Of a stretch of 19,828 bases of DNA, positions 1-7,860 are shown piece after piece. The stretch is from Fidelibacterota bacterium (GTDB lineage: Bacteria > Fidelibacterota > Marinisomatia > Marinisomatales > TCS56), in assembly GCA_043822705.1 (NCBI GenBank), contig JBDRBK010000051.1, forward strand, positions 1-19,828. The letters run 5' to 3'. The notes beneath the pieces were generated by a model that made no database searches, was not told the DNA's origin, and saw only the letters and a program-made list of their open reading frames with translations. Each line of letters starts with the position of its first letter. The stretch's first letter is position 1. The position numbers and the translations under genes were made by a program.

Positions 1-31
1 TAGCCGGTTTCAAATTAATCCATAAAACTTT

Positions 32-36
32 GGAGG
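32..36 (+). promoter_or_regulatory. Shine-Dalgarno site of mgtE
   Basis: GGAGG at 32-36, 7 nt before the ATG at 44. Confidence 0.75.
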
Positions 37-43
37 CCGCCCG

Positions 44-1414
44 ATGAAAAAAGAAATGTTTGGACATGAAATAACCGTCCTGCGTGACACCTTTCGGCGA
101 TTGTTGCGGCGCCACGCCAAAGTCAATCTGTTAAAATTGATTGAAAAAACACACCCTGCGGATCTGGCGTTGATCTATCGTCATTTCAACGACGACGAAC
201 AAATAATGCTGTTCGAAATGATGGAGCCGTCGGAAGAAACGGTCGAATTCCTGCTTGAATTGGACGATTCGATTCTGGCCGTCCTGCTGTTCAAGGAATC
301 ACCGCAGCGGATCGCCACTATCATCCGGGAATCCGGTTCCGGCGATCAGGCATCGATCTTGGCGGTGCTGCCGGACGAGCTGTCCCGTTCGGTGCTGGAA
401 TTGATGAAAGCCGACGAGCAGGCCGAGCTGGAAGAAATCATGGGCTACCCGGAAGACAGCGCCGGCAGCCTGATGTACACCGATGTTTTCACCCTCCATG
501 AGGACACTCTGGCCAAGGACGCCATCGCCGCCCTGCAGAGCTTTGAAAAAGCCGAAATGGTTTTTTATCTCTATGTGATCGATGTCGACGGCCATCTCTC
601 CGGCGTTATTTCATTGCGGGACCTGGTAACGACCAAGCCGAATAAAACGCTCAAGGAAATCATGATCAAGCATGTTTATTCGGTGCGCCCCGAAACCGAT
701 CAGGAGGAAGTAGCCAAGATCGTTTCCCGTTATAATTACCTGGCGGTGCCGGTGGTGGACGCGAACAATTACATTCTGGGAATCGTAACCGTCGATGATG
801 TAGTCGACGTTATCCGGGAAGAGGCCACCGAGGACTTTCTGCAGATGGCCGGTGTCGGCAAGGACCGGGAAATTATCCTGAAGAATCCCCTGCAGGCCGC
901 CCGGATGCGACTGCCCTGGTTGTTTGCCACGTTCCTGGGCGGATTGGTGGTTTCGGCGGTAGTCGTCGGTTTTCGCGAATTACTGGATAAACTGGTGATC
1001 CTGGCCGCTTTTATGCCGATCATCGCCGGTATGGGTGGTAACGTCGGTTCGCAATCGTCCACCATCATCGTGCGCGGCCTGGCAACCGGTCGGGTGGAGT
1101 TCGGCAATGCCCTGCAGATATTGTTCAAGGAAATCCGCGTCGGACTGCTGCTTGGTGTATTCTATGGACTTTTACTGGGTGTGGTGAATGCTTTCTTTTA
1201 CCCGGGCGGCTCGTATCTGCTGGGCCTCGTAGTGGGCCTGAGTATCTGTACTTCGATGCTGATAGCGACTCTGATCGGCGCCGCGGTACCGCTGCTGCTA
1301 CGGCGGCTCGATATTGACCCGGCCATCGCCACCGGACCATTTGTCACCACCAGCACCGATATTCTGGGTGTGCTGATCTATTTCCTGATCGCTGCCGCCA
1401 TCCTGCCGGTGTGA
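44..1414 (+). CDS. mgtE: Magnesium transporter MgtE
   Basis: 456 aa. N-terminal helical domain (HPADLA), YPEDSAGSLM linker, CBS pair (YLYVID...LSGVISLRDL; AVPVVD...LGIVTVDDVVDVIREEATED), and TM domain motifs RLPWL, GMGGNVGSQSSTIIVR and DPAIATGPFVTTSTDILG. Confidence 0.96.
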   Translation: MKKEMFGHEITVLRDTFRRLLRRHAKVNLLKLIEKTHPADLALIYRHFNDDEQIMLFEMMEPSEETVEFLLELDDSILAVLLFKESPQRIATIIRESGSGDQASILAVLPDELSRSVLELMKADEQAELEEIMGYPEDSAGSLMYTDVFTLHEDTLAKDAIAALQSFEKAEMVFYLYVIDVDGHLSGVISLRDLVTTKPNKTLKEIMIKHVYSVRPETDQEEVAKIVSRYNYLAVPVVDANNYILGIVTVDDVVDVIREEATEDFLQMAGVGKDREIILKNPLQAARMRLPWLFATFLGGLVVSAVVVGFRELLDKLVILAAFMPIIAGMGGNVGSQSSTIIVRGLATGRVEFGNALQILFKEIRVGLLLGVFYGLLLGVVNAFFYPGGSYLLGLVVGLSICTSMLIATLIGAAVPLLLRRLDIDPAIATGPFVTTSTDILGVLIYFLIAAAILPV

Positions 1415-2529
1415 TGACAGCATTCAGCTTTGTTCTGGCCGGCAGCCTGGGAGCCTACCTGCTGTTTGCCCTGTTTCTGCTGACCGGTTTGTACCGGCTG
1501 CGCCGTGTCGGCAAGCGCACCGCTCAGGCGCCGGCAGACCAGCCGACTGTTACGGTGGTGGTGGCTGCCCGCAACGAAGAGCGACACCTGCCCGGCCTGC
1601 TGGAAGACCTGCTGCGGCAGGATTACCCGGCCGACAAACTGGAGCTGGTAATCGCCGATGACCGTTCCAGTGACGGGACCAGCGTCATCCTGGCGGAATT
1701 TGCCCGCCGTGATCACCGGATCAGGATCGTCCACATACCCGAACGATCACCAACGATGGCACCGAAAAAATTTGCCCTGACCCAGGCTATCGCCGCCTCG
1801 ACCGGGGCAATAATCATCGCCACCGATGCCGATTGCCGGGTGCCGGCAACCTGGGTCTCCGCCACCGTGCGCTGCTTTGACGATGCAACCGGTATAGTGG
1901 TCGGTTTCTCGTCGGTAAATATCGAACCGGAGAATTTTTCCACCCGCTATCAACAGCTCGATTTCCTGGCGCTGATGGCCGCCAACGCCGGCAGTCTGGG
2001 CTGGGGTAAAGCCTGGTCGGGATCGGGACAGAATATTGCCTATCGCCGTTCCTGCTTTGAGGCGATTGACGGGTTTCGACCGGTGGCGCACCTGTTGTCC
2101 GGCGATGATATGTACCTGGTTCAGACCATTGCCGGCGTAACCGGCATCCGTTTCAACGCCGATCCCCGCGGGGCTGTTACTACCCAACCAGTGGTTTCCC
2201 TGCCAAAATTTTTCCGGCAGCGAATCCGCTGGGCTTCCAATTCCCGGCGCTCGGCCCGGACCGATCGCTGGTTTTTCCTGTTTCTTCTGTCCGCTTTCCT
2301 GGTGAATACCGTGATTCTGGTTGGCCTGTTTACTCAGTCGCTGCTGCCGGTACTGGCGGCGCTGTTGACCAAGGGGTCATTCGACTACCTGGTAATAATC
2401 AGTGGCGCCCGGCCGTTTGCTGTGCAATTCAGATTCGGCCTGTTTTTGATCTGGTTATTCCTGCAGCCGGTTTATATTCCCACCGTGGGATTGCTGGGCC
2501 TGGCGGGTAAATTCCGCTGGAAACAATAG
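1414..2529 (+). CDS. Membrane-bound family 2 glycosyltransferase (cellulose-synthase-like D,D,D,QxxRW type)
   Basis: N-terminal TM helix; motifs VVVAARNEE, DDRSSDGT, TDAD (DxD), SGDD and QRIRW; C-terminal TM helices. ATG at 1414 overlaps the mgtE stop (TGATG). The ORF track starts one codon earlier at GTG 1411. Confidence 0.9.
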   Translation: MTAFSFVLAGSLGAYLLFALFLLTGLYRLRRVGKRTAQAPADQPTVTVVVAARNEERHLPGLLEDLLRQDYPADKLELVIADDRSSDGTSVILAEFARRDHRIRIVHIPERSPTMAPKKFALTQAIAASTGAIIIATDADCRVPATWVSATVRCFDDATGIVVGFSSVNIEPENFSTRYQQLDFLALMAANAGSLGWGKAWSGSGQNIAYRRSCFEAIDGFRPVAHLLSGDDMYLVQTIAGVTGIRFNADPRGAVTTQPVVSLPKFFRQRIRWASNSRRSARTDRWFFLFLLSAFLVNTVILVGLFTQSLLPVLAALLTKGSFDYLVIISGARPFAVQFRFGLFLIWLFLQPVYIPTVGLLGLAGKFRWKQ

Positions 2530-2578
2530 GCCGGCAATGATACCGGCTTCGGCAACGGAACAATAATTCAACCAGAAC

Positions 2579-3322
2579 ATGCTTACAGGTTTGGGGGTAA
2601 GAACAATTAAATCCGCTTTCGAACACTGTTTATTAGGTTCCCTGTTTTTGCTGGCGACCGTCCTCAGCGGCCAGGAATATGTGATCAATATTTTTGGCAT
2701 CACCTGTGTGCAGGTCGAGATGGAACACCCCGCCCCCGGCCAGCTGGATTTCCGCACCCGGACGGTCGGCCTGCTCGATACAATCTGGCCGGTCGACAAT
2801 ACCTATTCGACCAGCTACGACACTGCTACTTTCGTAGCCAAATCTTATACTAAACAGATTCGCCAGAAAAAATTCCTGCAGACCCTGAAATTTGTTACGG
2901 ACGATAATACGGGCACCATTAAATATGATAAAACGGCCGCCATCCGGCGACCGGAGAATGTACAGACCATCTTCACCGTGCTGGCGCGTGTCGGCCAAGA
3001 AGCACCGGAACAACTCGATACGCACTGGTTCCCGATGGAACACGAGGGCCAACCTAATCGCGTGCGCCTGCTGTGGGCCGGTAGCGCCACAATTAAAATT
3101 GCCGGCAAATCCTATGAGTGCAATCATTACCGACTGGATATCGAATCGGCCGACGGTCAGAAGGAAAATATTTTAACCCGCAGTGATTATTTTTCTGAGT
3201 ATATTGTACACCCCGATGCCATGCGGCAATTATGGGTCGAAAGCGACGGCCAGCGGCGAATTATCCAGGCAACCGTCAAACTGTTCGGGATCACTTTGGA
3301 GGCACAATTAAGCGATGGGTAG
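2579..3322 (+). CDS. Exported hypothetical protein, DUF3108-like
   Basis: 247 aa with a hydrophobic signal-like segment (LLGSLFLLATVLSG). Beta-rich body with patterns I associate with DUF3108 (RTVGLLDTIWPVDNTYSTSYD; TIKIAGKSYECNHY; LWVESDGQRRII). Start codon uncertain. Confidence 0.6.
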   Translation: MLTGLGVRTIKSAFEHCLLGSLFLLATVLSGQEYVINIFGITCVQVEMEHPAPGQLDFRTRTVGLLDTIWPVDNTYSTSYDTATFVAKSYTKQIRQKKFLQTLKFVTDDNTGTIKYDKTAAIRRPENVQTIFTVLARVGQEAPEQLDTHWFPMEHEGQPNRVRLLWAGSATIKIAGKSYECNHYRLDIESADGQKENILTRSDYFSEYIVHPDAMRQLWVESDGQRRIIQATVKLFGITLEAQLSDG

Positions 3323-3698
3323 ACTCGCATTCCTTAGGAGTTATCGCAAATTCATCCTGCTTTGGACAGGAATTATCGTAGCGGTAATTATAGCCCTGAT
3401 TCTAGGAGTCGACGAAAAAATCGTCGTTTTCGGCACCCTGATCGTCGGTTTGTTTACCCAGGCATTTGTCGGATTGGGCGCCCTGGTGGCCATGATTCCG
3501 ATCGCCGGCCCGTTAATTATCAAAGTACTGACGATTCCGTTCTTCTGGATTCTGAACGGGATGGCTTATATGGTATCGGTCCTGGCAATTCGCAAGGGCT
3601 ACGGCAAGGAAATAATCAGTTCACGCGTCATGACCCTGGCCCTGCTGGTCGGCATCGTGATCGGTTATATTCTCGGGCACCTGTTGCCCCTGCGCTGA
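3315..3698 (+). CDS. Small integral membrane protein of unknown function
   Basis: 127 aa, almost entirely hydrophobic (about 4 TM segments). Overlaps the upstream gene by 8 nt. Confidence 0.75.
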   Translation: MGRLAFLRSYRKFILLWTGIIVAVIIALILGVDEKIVVFGTLIVGLFTQAFVGLGALVAMIPIAGPLIIKVLTIPFFWILNGMAYMVSVLAIRKGYGKEIISSRVMTLALLVGIVIGYILGHLLPLR

Positions 3699-3704
3699 GA
3701 CGCG

Positions 3705-4391
3705 TCACTCGTCAAACAGACTATCCTTTAGTCCTTGGTTGATCCGGTAGCGGGAAAATTCCATGATCACCGAACCGTTTTTGGCGGACAGGTCCACCCG
3801 TTGTTCGATGGATGGTCCGCGGCGATCCGGATCAAAATGCCCCAGATCGCTCACCATTTCCGGCGTGGTCTGGAAATTGACTTCTGTTCTTGCCGGCATC
3901 AGGTAGCGTTCATCAATCAAAGTATAGTCAATATTGATGCTGGCGACATTTACGGTGTCCACGAATGATCGGACCTGCCGGACGACCCAATCATTCCGGT
4001 CCACCCAGATCGTTGTTGTCATCGCCAAGTTGCGTTCCCGGCGCTCACCCCTGAGCAGCCAGCAGGAATATTGGTCCAGTGGTTCCGCACCGGCCAAACT
4101 GAGATTTTGCAGGCTGTCCAGAATGCCGCCGATTTCGATTCCCTGCCGGGGTACGACGGCAAATCCATCCACCTCGATTTTCAGCTTGTCCGGTCGTTTA
4201 TAATGCAGATCGATTATTTTCCGCGGCATCCGTAACTGGGGCATCTGAACCGCCAATTTTATCCGGACCGAGTAATCGGAAATTTCAGCGAGGCGGGCCT
4301 TGACGCTATCCGCAACCGCCTGCGCCGCCGGCTCCGGTTGCGCCGCCAGGATGGTAACAGCAAACACCGTCAGCAATATCCACCGTTTCAT
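3705..4391 (-). CDS. Periplasmic LolA-fold (outer-membrane lipoprotein-sorting-like) protein
   Basis: 228 aa. Signal peptide MKRWILLTVFAVTILAA; LolA-superfamily-like pattern (ISDYSVRI...LHYKRPDKLKIE...TTIWVDRNDWVVRQV...YLMPARTEV...MEFSRYRINQGLKDSLF). ATGA overlap with the permease stop. Confidence 0.7.
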   Translation of the reverse strand: MKRWILLTVFAVTILAAQPEPAAQAVADSVKARLAEISDYSVRIKLAVQMPQLRMPRKIIDLHYKRPDKLKIEVDGFAVVPRQGIEIGGILDSLQNLSLAGAEPLDQYSCWLLRGERRERNLAMTTTIWVDRNDWVVRQVRSFVDTVNVASINIDYTLIDERYLMPARTEVNFQTTPEMVSDLGHFDPDRRGPSIEQRVDLSAKNGSVIMEFSRYRINQGLKDSLFDE

Positions 4392-5227
4392 GTCAGAATA
4401 TCCTTGCGGTTAAAGGCGATCAGGCTCAGGACGGCAAAAACCAGCAGGTGACCACCCAGAATCAGCAGACTGAAGGTTATATCATTCCAGGGGATCGGGT
4501 CGAGAAAGGCCTGCTGCCAGATATCAAAATAGGTCGTAAAAAACCAGGGCTTAATTTGTTCGAAAACATCGATGGGAATATTGGCCACCGCCAGCCCGAT
4601 CATCAGCACCGACATGGCACCGATCATCGGTCCGATGGCATTATTGACAAATGAACTCAGCACGAAGCACAGGCCGGCCACAACCAGCAGGTCGACCAGC
4701 GCAAAGGTAAAACCCAACAGAAAACGCAGTAATGCTTCAGCGCTGGAGTAAATGATAATTCCGTCGCGCGACATCACCGTTAGATCGCCGCCGCCCAGCC
4801 AGAGCGTACCCAGCCCCAGGCTCATCAGCAGAAAAAACGCTACCAGCGAGGTAGTGTAAATATAGGTGGCCAACAGCTTGGATATTAAGATTCTGGTGCG
4901 TGACACCGGCCGCGTCAGGTAAATCCGGAAGGTTCCGGCGGCGCCTTCGCCGGCCACCACATCGCCGGCCACCAGGATCACCAGGAAGGGGATATGGACC
5001 CAGAGAAAATTCATGGTCATATAGGTCGCCAGAAATCCATTGAACAATGAACCGACGATGATGAACGAATCACGGAACTGATCGACCATCCCCGCTTCCA
5101 TTTTGCTACCGCCGACACTGAAGCCCCAGAAAACCAGCGGCATCAGAATCAGGATAGCGGCGTAACTGATATAGGTCCGGTACTTACTGAAAATCTTGAT
5201 CAGCTCGTTCTGGATCAGGCGGATCAT
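4388..5227 (-). CDS. ABC-2 type transporter permease
   Basis: 279 aa, about 6 TM helices. LIQNELIK start, VAGDVVAGEGAAGTFRIYLTRPVSRTRILISK motif, and FNRKDI C-terminus. Confidence 0.9.
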   Translation of the reverse strand: MIRLIQNELIKIFSKYRTYISYAAILILMPLVFWGFSVGGSKMEAGMVDQFRDSFIIVGSLFNGFLATYMTMNFLWVHIPFLVILVAGDVVAGEGAAGTFRIYLTRPVSRTRILISKLLATYIYTTSLVAFFLLMSLGLGTLWLGGGDLTVMSRDGIIIYSSAEALLRFLLGFTFALVDLLVVAGLCFVLSSFVNNAIGPMIGAMSVLMIGLAVANIPIDVFEQIKPWFFTTYFDIWQQAFLDPIPWNDITFSLLILGGHLLVFAVLSLIAFNRKDILT

Positions 5228-6138
5228 CGTAATGTATCCCCGGTAAGGGCCAGAAAATAATCTTCCAGCGACGAGCGCGGGATAATCGCCCGGATCGTGA
5301 TCCCGTTATCCACCAGCAAGCGGATCAGCCGTGGTATCTCGTCCTGGTCCACATTCACCCTGATGACACCCTGTTCGGCGTGGGCTTCCCGCACGGCTGC
5401 GTCGTTTTCCAGCAGCGAGCGGGCGGCGGCAACCGGTGCCACCTGAAATTCGGTCAGCACCTGCTGCGACAGTAATTCCCTGACGGAACCGGTCTGTATC
5501 AGATGCCCATGGTTGATCACGGCAACGGCGCTGCACATCTGCTCGACCTCGTGCAGAATATGCGAAGACAGGAAGACCGTCATCTGTTCGGCGACCGCCA
5601 GCCGGATGATCAGTTGCCGGATCGCCCGGATGCCGGCCGGATCGAGTCCTGAGGTCGGTTCGTCCAGGATCAATAATCGCGGATGATTCAATAAAGCCTG
5701 GGCGATCCCCAGGCGCTGCCGCATACCCCGGGAATAACCCCGGACTTTATCGTCGGCGCGGTCGGACAGTTCGACAATCGCCAGAACCTCGTCGATCCGA
5801 TGGTGGTCGACACTGCCCTGCAACCGGCTGAGAATCTGCAAATTCCGGCGGGCAGATAAATTGGCGTAAAAATCCGGGTCCTCCACGAAGGCGCCGACCT
5901 GCCGCAAGCTGGCGGAGCGCTGCTTCCGCACTGACTGGCCGAATATTTCGATATCGCCGCAATCGGGAGCTACCAGGGATAATATTAACCGGATAGTAGT
6001 CGATTTCCCGGCACCGTTCGGCCCTAGAAATCCAAAGACCGCACCTTCGGGCACCTCTAATTCGAGGCTGTCGACGGCCGTAAGTTTGCCGAAGGCCTTG
6101 GTGACTTTGTTTATTCGAAGGACTACTGGAACAGACAT
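5224..6138 (-). CDS. ABC transporter ATP-binding protein (ABC-2/BcrA-like exporter)
   Basis: 304 aa. Walker A GPNGAGKST, signature YSRGMRQRL, Walker B LLILDEPTSGLDP, H-loop SSH, and SLEDYFL tail. Confidence 0.95.
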   Translation of the reverse strand: MSVPVVLRINKVTKAFGKLTAVDSLELEVPEGAVFGFLGPNGAGKSTTIRLILSLVAPDCGDIEIFGQSVRKQRSASLRQVGAFVEDPDFYANLSARRNLQILSRLQGSVDHHRIDEVLAIVELSDRADDKVRGYSRGMRQRLGIAQALLNHPRLLILDEPTSGLDPAGIRAIRQLIIRLAVAEQMTVFLSSHILHEVEQMCSAVAVINHGHLIQTGSVRELLSQQVLTEFQVAPVAAARSLLENDAAVREAHAEQGVIRVNVDQDEIPRLIRLLVDNGITIRAIIPRSSLEDYFLALTGDTLR

Positions 6139-6232
6139 CTGGTCTTGAAATTAATTAATGATTAAACCTTCATCCTATCGGATAATGAAAAATTTATCTG
6201 CTTCACCTGCTCCGTCAGATTAACTTTCCGCC
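6139..6232. promoter_or_regulatory. AT-rich divergent promoter region between the ABC operon and the aroQ-like gene
   Basis: 94-nt AT-rich spacer between divergent starts. TAACTT (TAnnnT) at 6221-6226 sits 6 nt before the ATG at 6233. Confidence 0.45.
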
Positions 6233-6664
6233 ATGAATATTCTGGTTTTACAGGGGCCAAACCTGAATCTGATCGGTGTGCGTTCGGCCCAGGCCGGTCA
6301 ACGGCTCACTCTGGACAAAATCAACCGCGCGCTCCACAGTCAGGCTCTGCAACATGGCATCACGCTTAAAACACTGCAAACCCAGCGGGTGGACAAGGCC
6401 CTAGCTTTTTTGCACCGTAACCGCAACGCTGCCCAGGGAATCCTGCTGGCTCCGATGGCCTGGGCGCGCTATGAATTTTCACTGTTAGAGGCGCTGGATA
6501 TTATCCGGATTCCCTGTGTTCAGGTCCTGTTTGCCGAAGAGTTTGACTTCGGTCCCACTGACGGGTTCTCAATTTTTTCCAATTATTGTATCGACACGGT
6601 TTGTGGTCCGCCGGATACCGCCTTTCTGGCCGGCCTAGACGTTTTGCTTGGTCGCCAGTCCTGA
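6233..6664 (+). CDS. Type II 3-dehydroquinate dehydratase (AroQ) homolog, probably catalytically inactive
   Basis: 143 aa. N-terminus MNILVLQGPNLNLIGVR matches the AroQ signature, and length and spacing are colinear with the family. The catalytic Tyr, Asn, His and C-terminal Arg positions are substituted, so the symbol is withheld. Confidence 0.8.
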   Translation: MNILVLQGPNLNLIGVRSAQAGQRLTLDKINRALHSQALQHGITLKTLQTQRVDKALAFLHRNRNAAQGILLAPMAWARYEFSLLEALDIIRIPCVQVLFAEEFDFGPTDGFSIFSNYCIDTVCGPPDTAFLAGLDVLLGRQS

Positions 6665-6733
6665 TTTATAGACTATTAATTATACGGGTCCACCAGCGTT
6701 ACCAGTATTAGCCATCAAGATTAACACCATTCG

Positions 6734-7840
6734 TTAGTAATTAATGGCATAGGGTCCGCCATAGGCGCCCATCGTATTGCGGGTACCGTCCCGGTTTCGA
6801 TATTCTTCGCCAGGATGACCGGTATTGATACAGGGTGAGGTGGGCGCTAAGTGAAGATTGTCACCACGTGCATTGACAAACCGAGGATTCTCATAAAAAT
6901 TATGGGCGCCGACTCCGATGCTATTGTTGATTACATTGTAGTCTATCCTGCTCGTGTCCAGCGGACCAGGGGACGAAAATTTAAGCGCCAGGTCGGCATA
7001 TGCATAAATTATATTATTCAGAAACAGAAGCGAATCACAATTACCGTCCAGTGTAACTCCGTTGAAAACAATCGTATTGTTGATTATTTCACCGGTTGGC
7101 CGGTACAGGTACATTCCCAAAGATCCTCCATTTCTTAGAATAACACAATTTCTGGCGCTACCACTTCCGGTCAGGTACAGGCCGCAACCACTATGGGCGA
7201 CGGTAAACCCGACAATTATTCCGGAATTCATGTAAACTGCTATATCGCTGGAAGGGCTGGCGGTAATTCGTGTACTGTCCGGGCCAAAAATTGCAACCAT
7301 AAATATATTTTTATCAAGAATTCTGACCCTTTGAATGTAGGAGCCCTGGGAAACAAGGACCGTGTCTCCGTCATCCATCAGCAAGCTGGATACTGCAAAT
7401 TGAATACTGTCAAATTCTGCTGGTACAAAGACCGCTGATGTATTGGGTATCGCCGTTTTTTTATATGCCCAGCGGACATTTGAATCCTGATCCACAATCC
7501 CGATACGATATTCAAGGTCGTCATCATCAATAATTGTATCAGTATAGGATGTGGCCGCCGGACTGAACAACCGGACAACGGAAACCCATGCGGTATCTCG
7601 TGCTCGCTGTTTTTCGATACGGAATTCCTTGAAATTTTCTATCGTAATCCCTTCCCATGACAAATGGATGTACTGTTCCTCAAACACGCGCCTTATCGAA
7701 TGTTTCACAGTGAGATTGAAGAGTGAATCGGAATCAGTTAATTCGGTGTCAAAGGGCCATTCGCAGGTCGTTACAATGGTTGCTACAACAACCACTATTA
7801 AATATCTAAGCAATCGATCTATGGAAGTATAGTCTCCCAT
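6734..7840 (-). CDS. Lipoprotein with FN3-like domain and right-handed parallel beta-helix (pectin-lyase-like fold), paralog B
   Basis: 368 aa. Hydrophobic stretch ending VTTC (Cys26). FN3-like segment (IHLSWE...FRIEK...SYTD...YRIGIVD), then SIQFAV...GDTVLVSQGSY, Asn-ladder repeats (IINNTIVFN, FLNNIIY) and cap LHLAPTSPCINTG...DGTRNTMGAYGGP. Confidence 0.8.
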   Translation of the reverse strand: MGDYTSIDRLLRYLIVVVVATIVTTCEWPFDTELTDSDSLFNLTVKHSIRRVFEEQYIHLSWEGITIENFKEFRIEKQRARDTAWVSVVRLFSPAATSYTDTIIDDDDLEYRIGIVDQDSNVRWAYKKTAIPNTSAVFVPAEFDSIQFAVSSLLMDDGDTVLVSQGSYIQRVRILDKNIFMVAIFGPDSTRITASPSSDIAVYMNSGIIVGFTVAHSGCGLYLTGSGSARNCVILRNGGSLGMYLYRPTGEIINNTIVFNGVTLDGNCDSLLFLNNIIYAYADLALKFSSPGPLDTSRIDYNVINNSIGVGAHNFYENPRFVNARGDNLHLAPTSPCINTGHPGEEYRNRDGTRNTMGAYGGPYAINY

Positions 7841-7860
7841 GGTATATAAATGAGCCCGAA

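Noticed and set aside
1..43. Mg2+-sensing riboswitch or leader upstream of mgtE
   Set aside because: Only 43 nt are visible, with no recognisable structure; cannot be assessed.
2530..2548. Short GCCGG...CCGGC inverted repeat after the GT2 stop
   Set aside because: 5-bp stem with no U-tract, and CCGG is very frequent in this sequence.
3696..3707. Palindrome GACGCGTC between the convergent stop codons
   Set aside because: Only 8 bp with no loop or U-tract; expected by chance and cannot be called a terminator.
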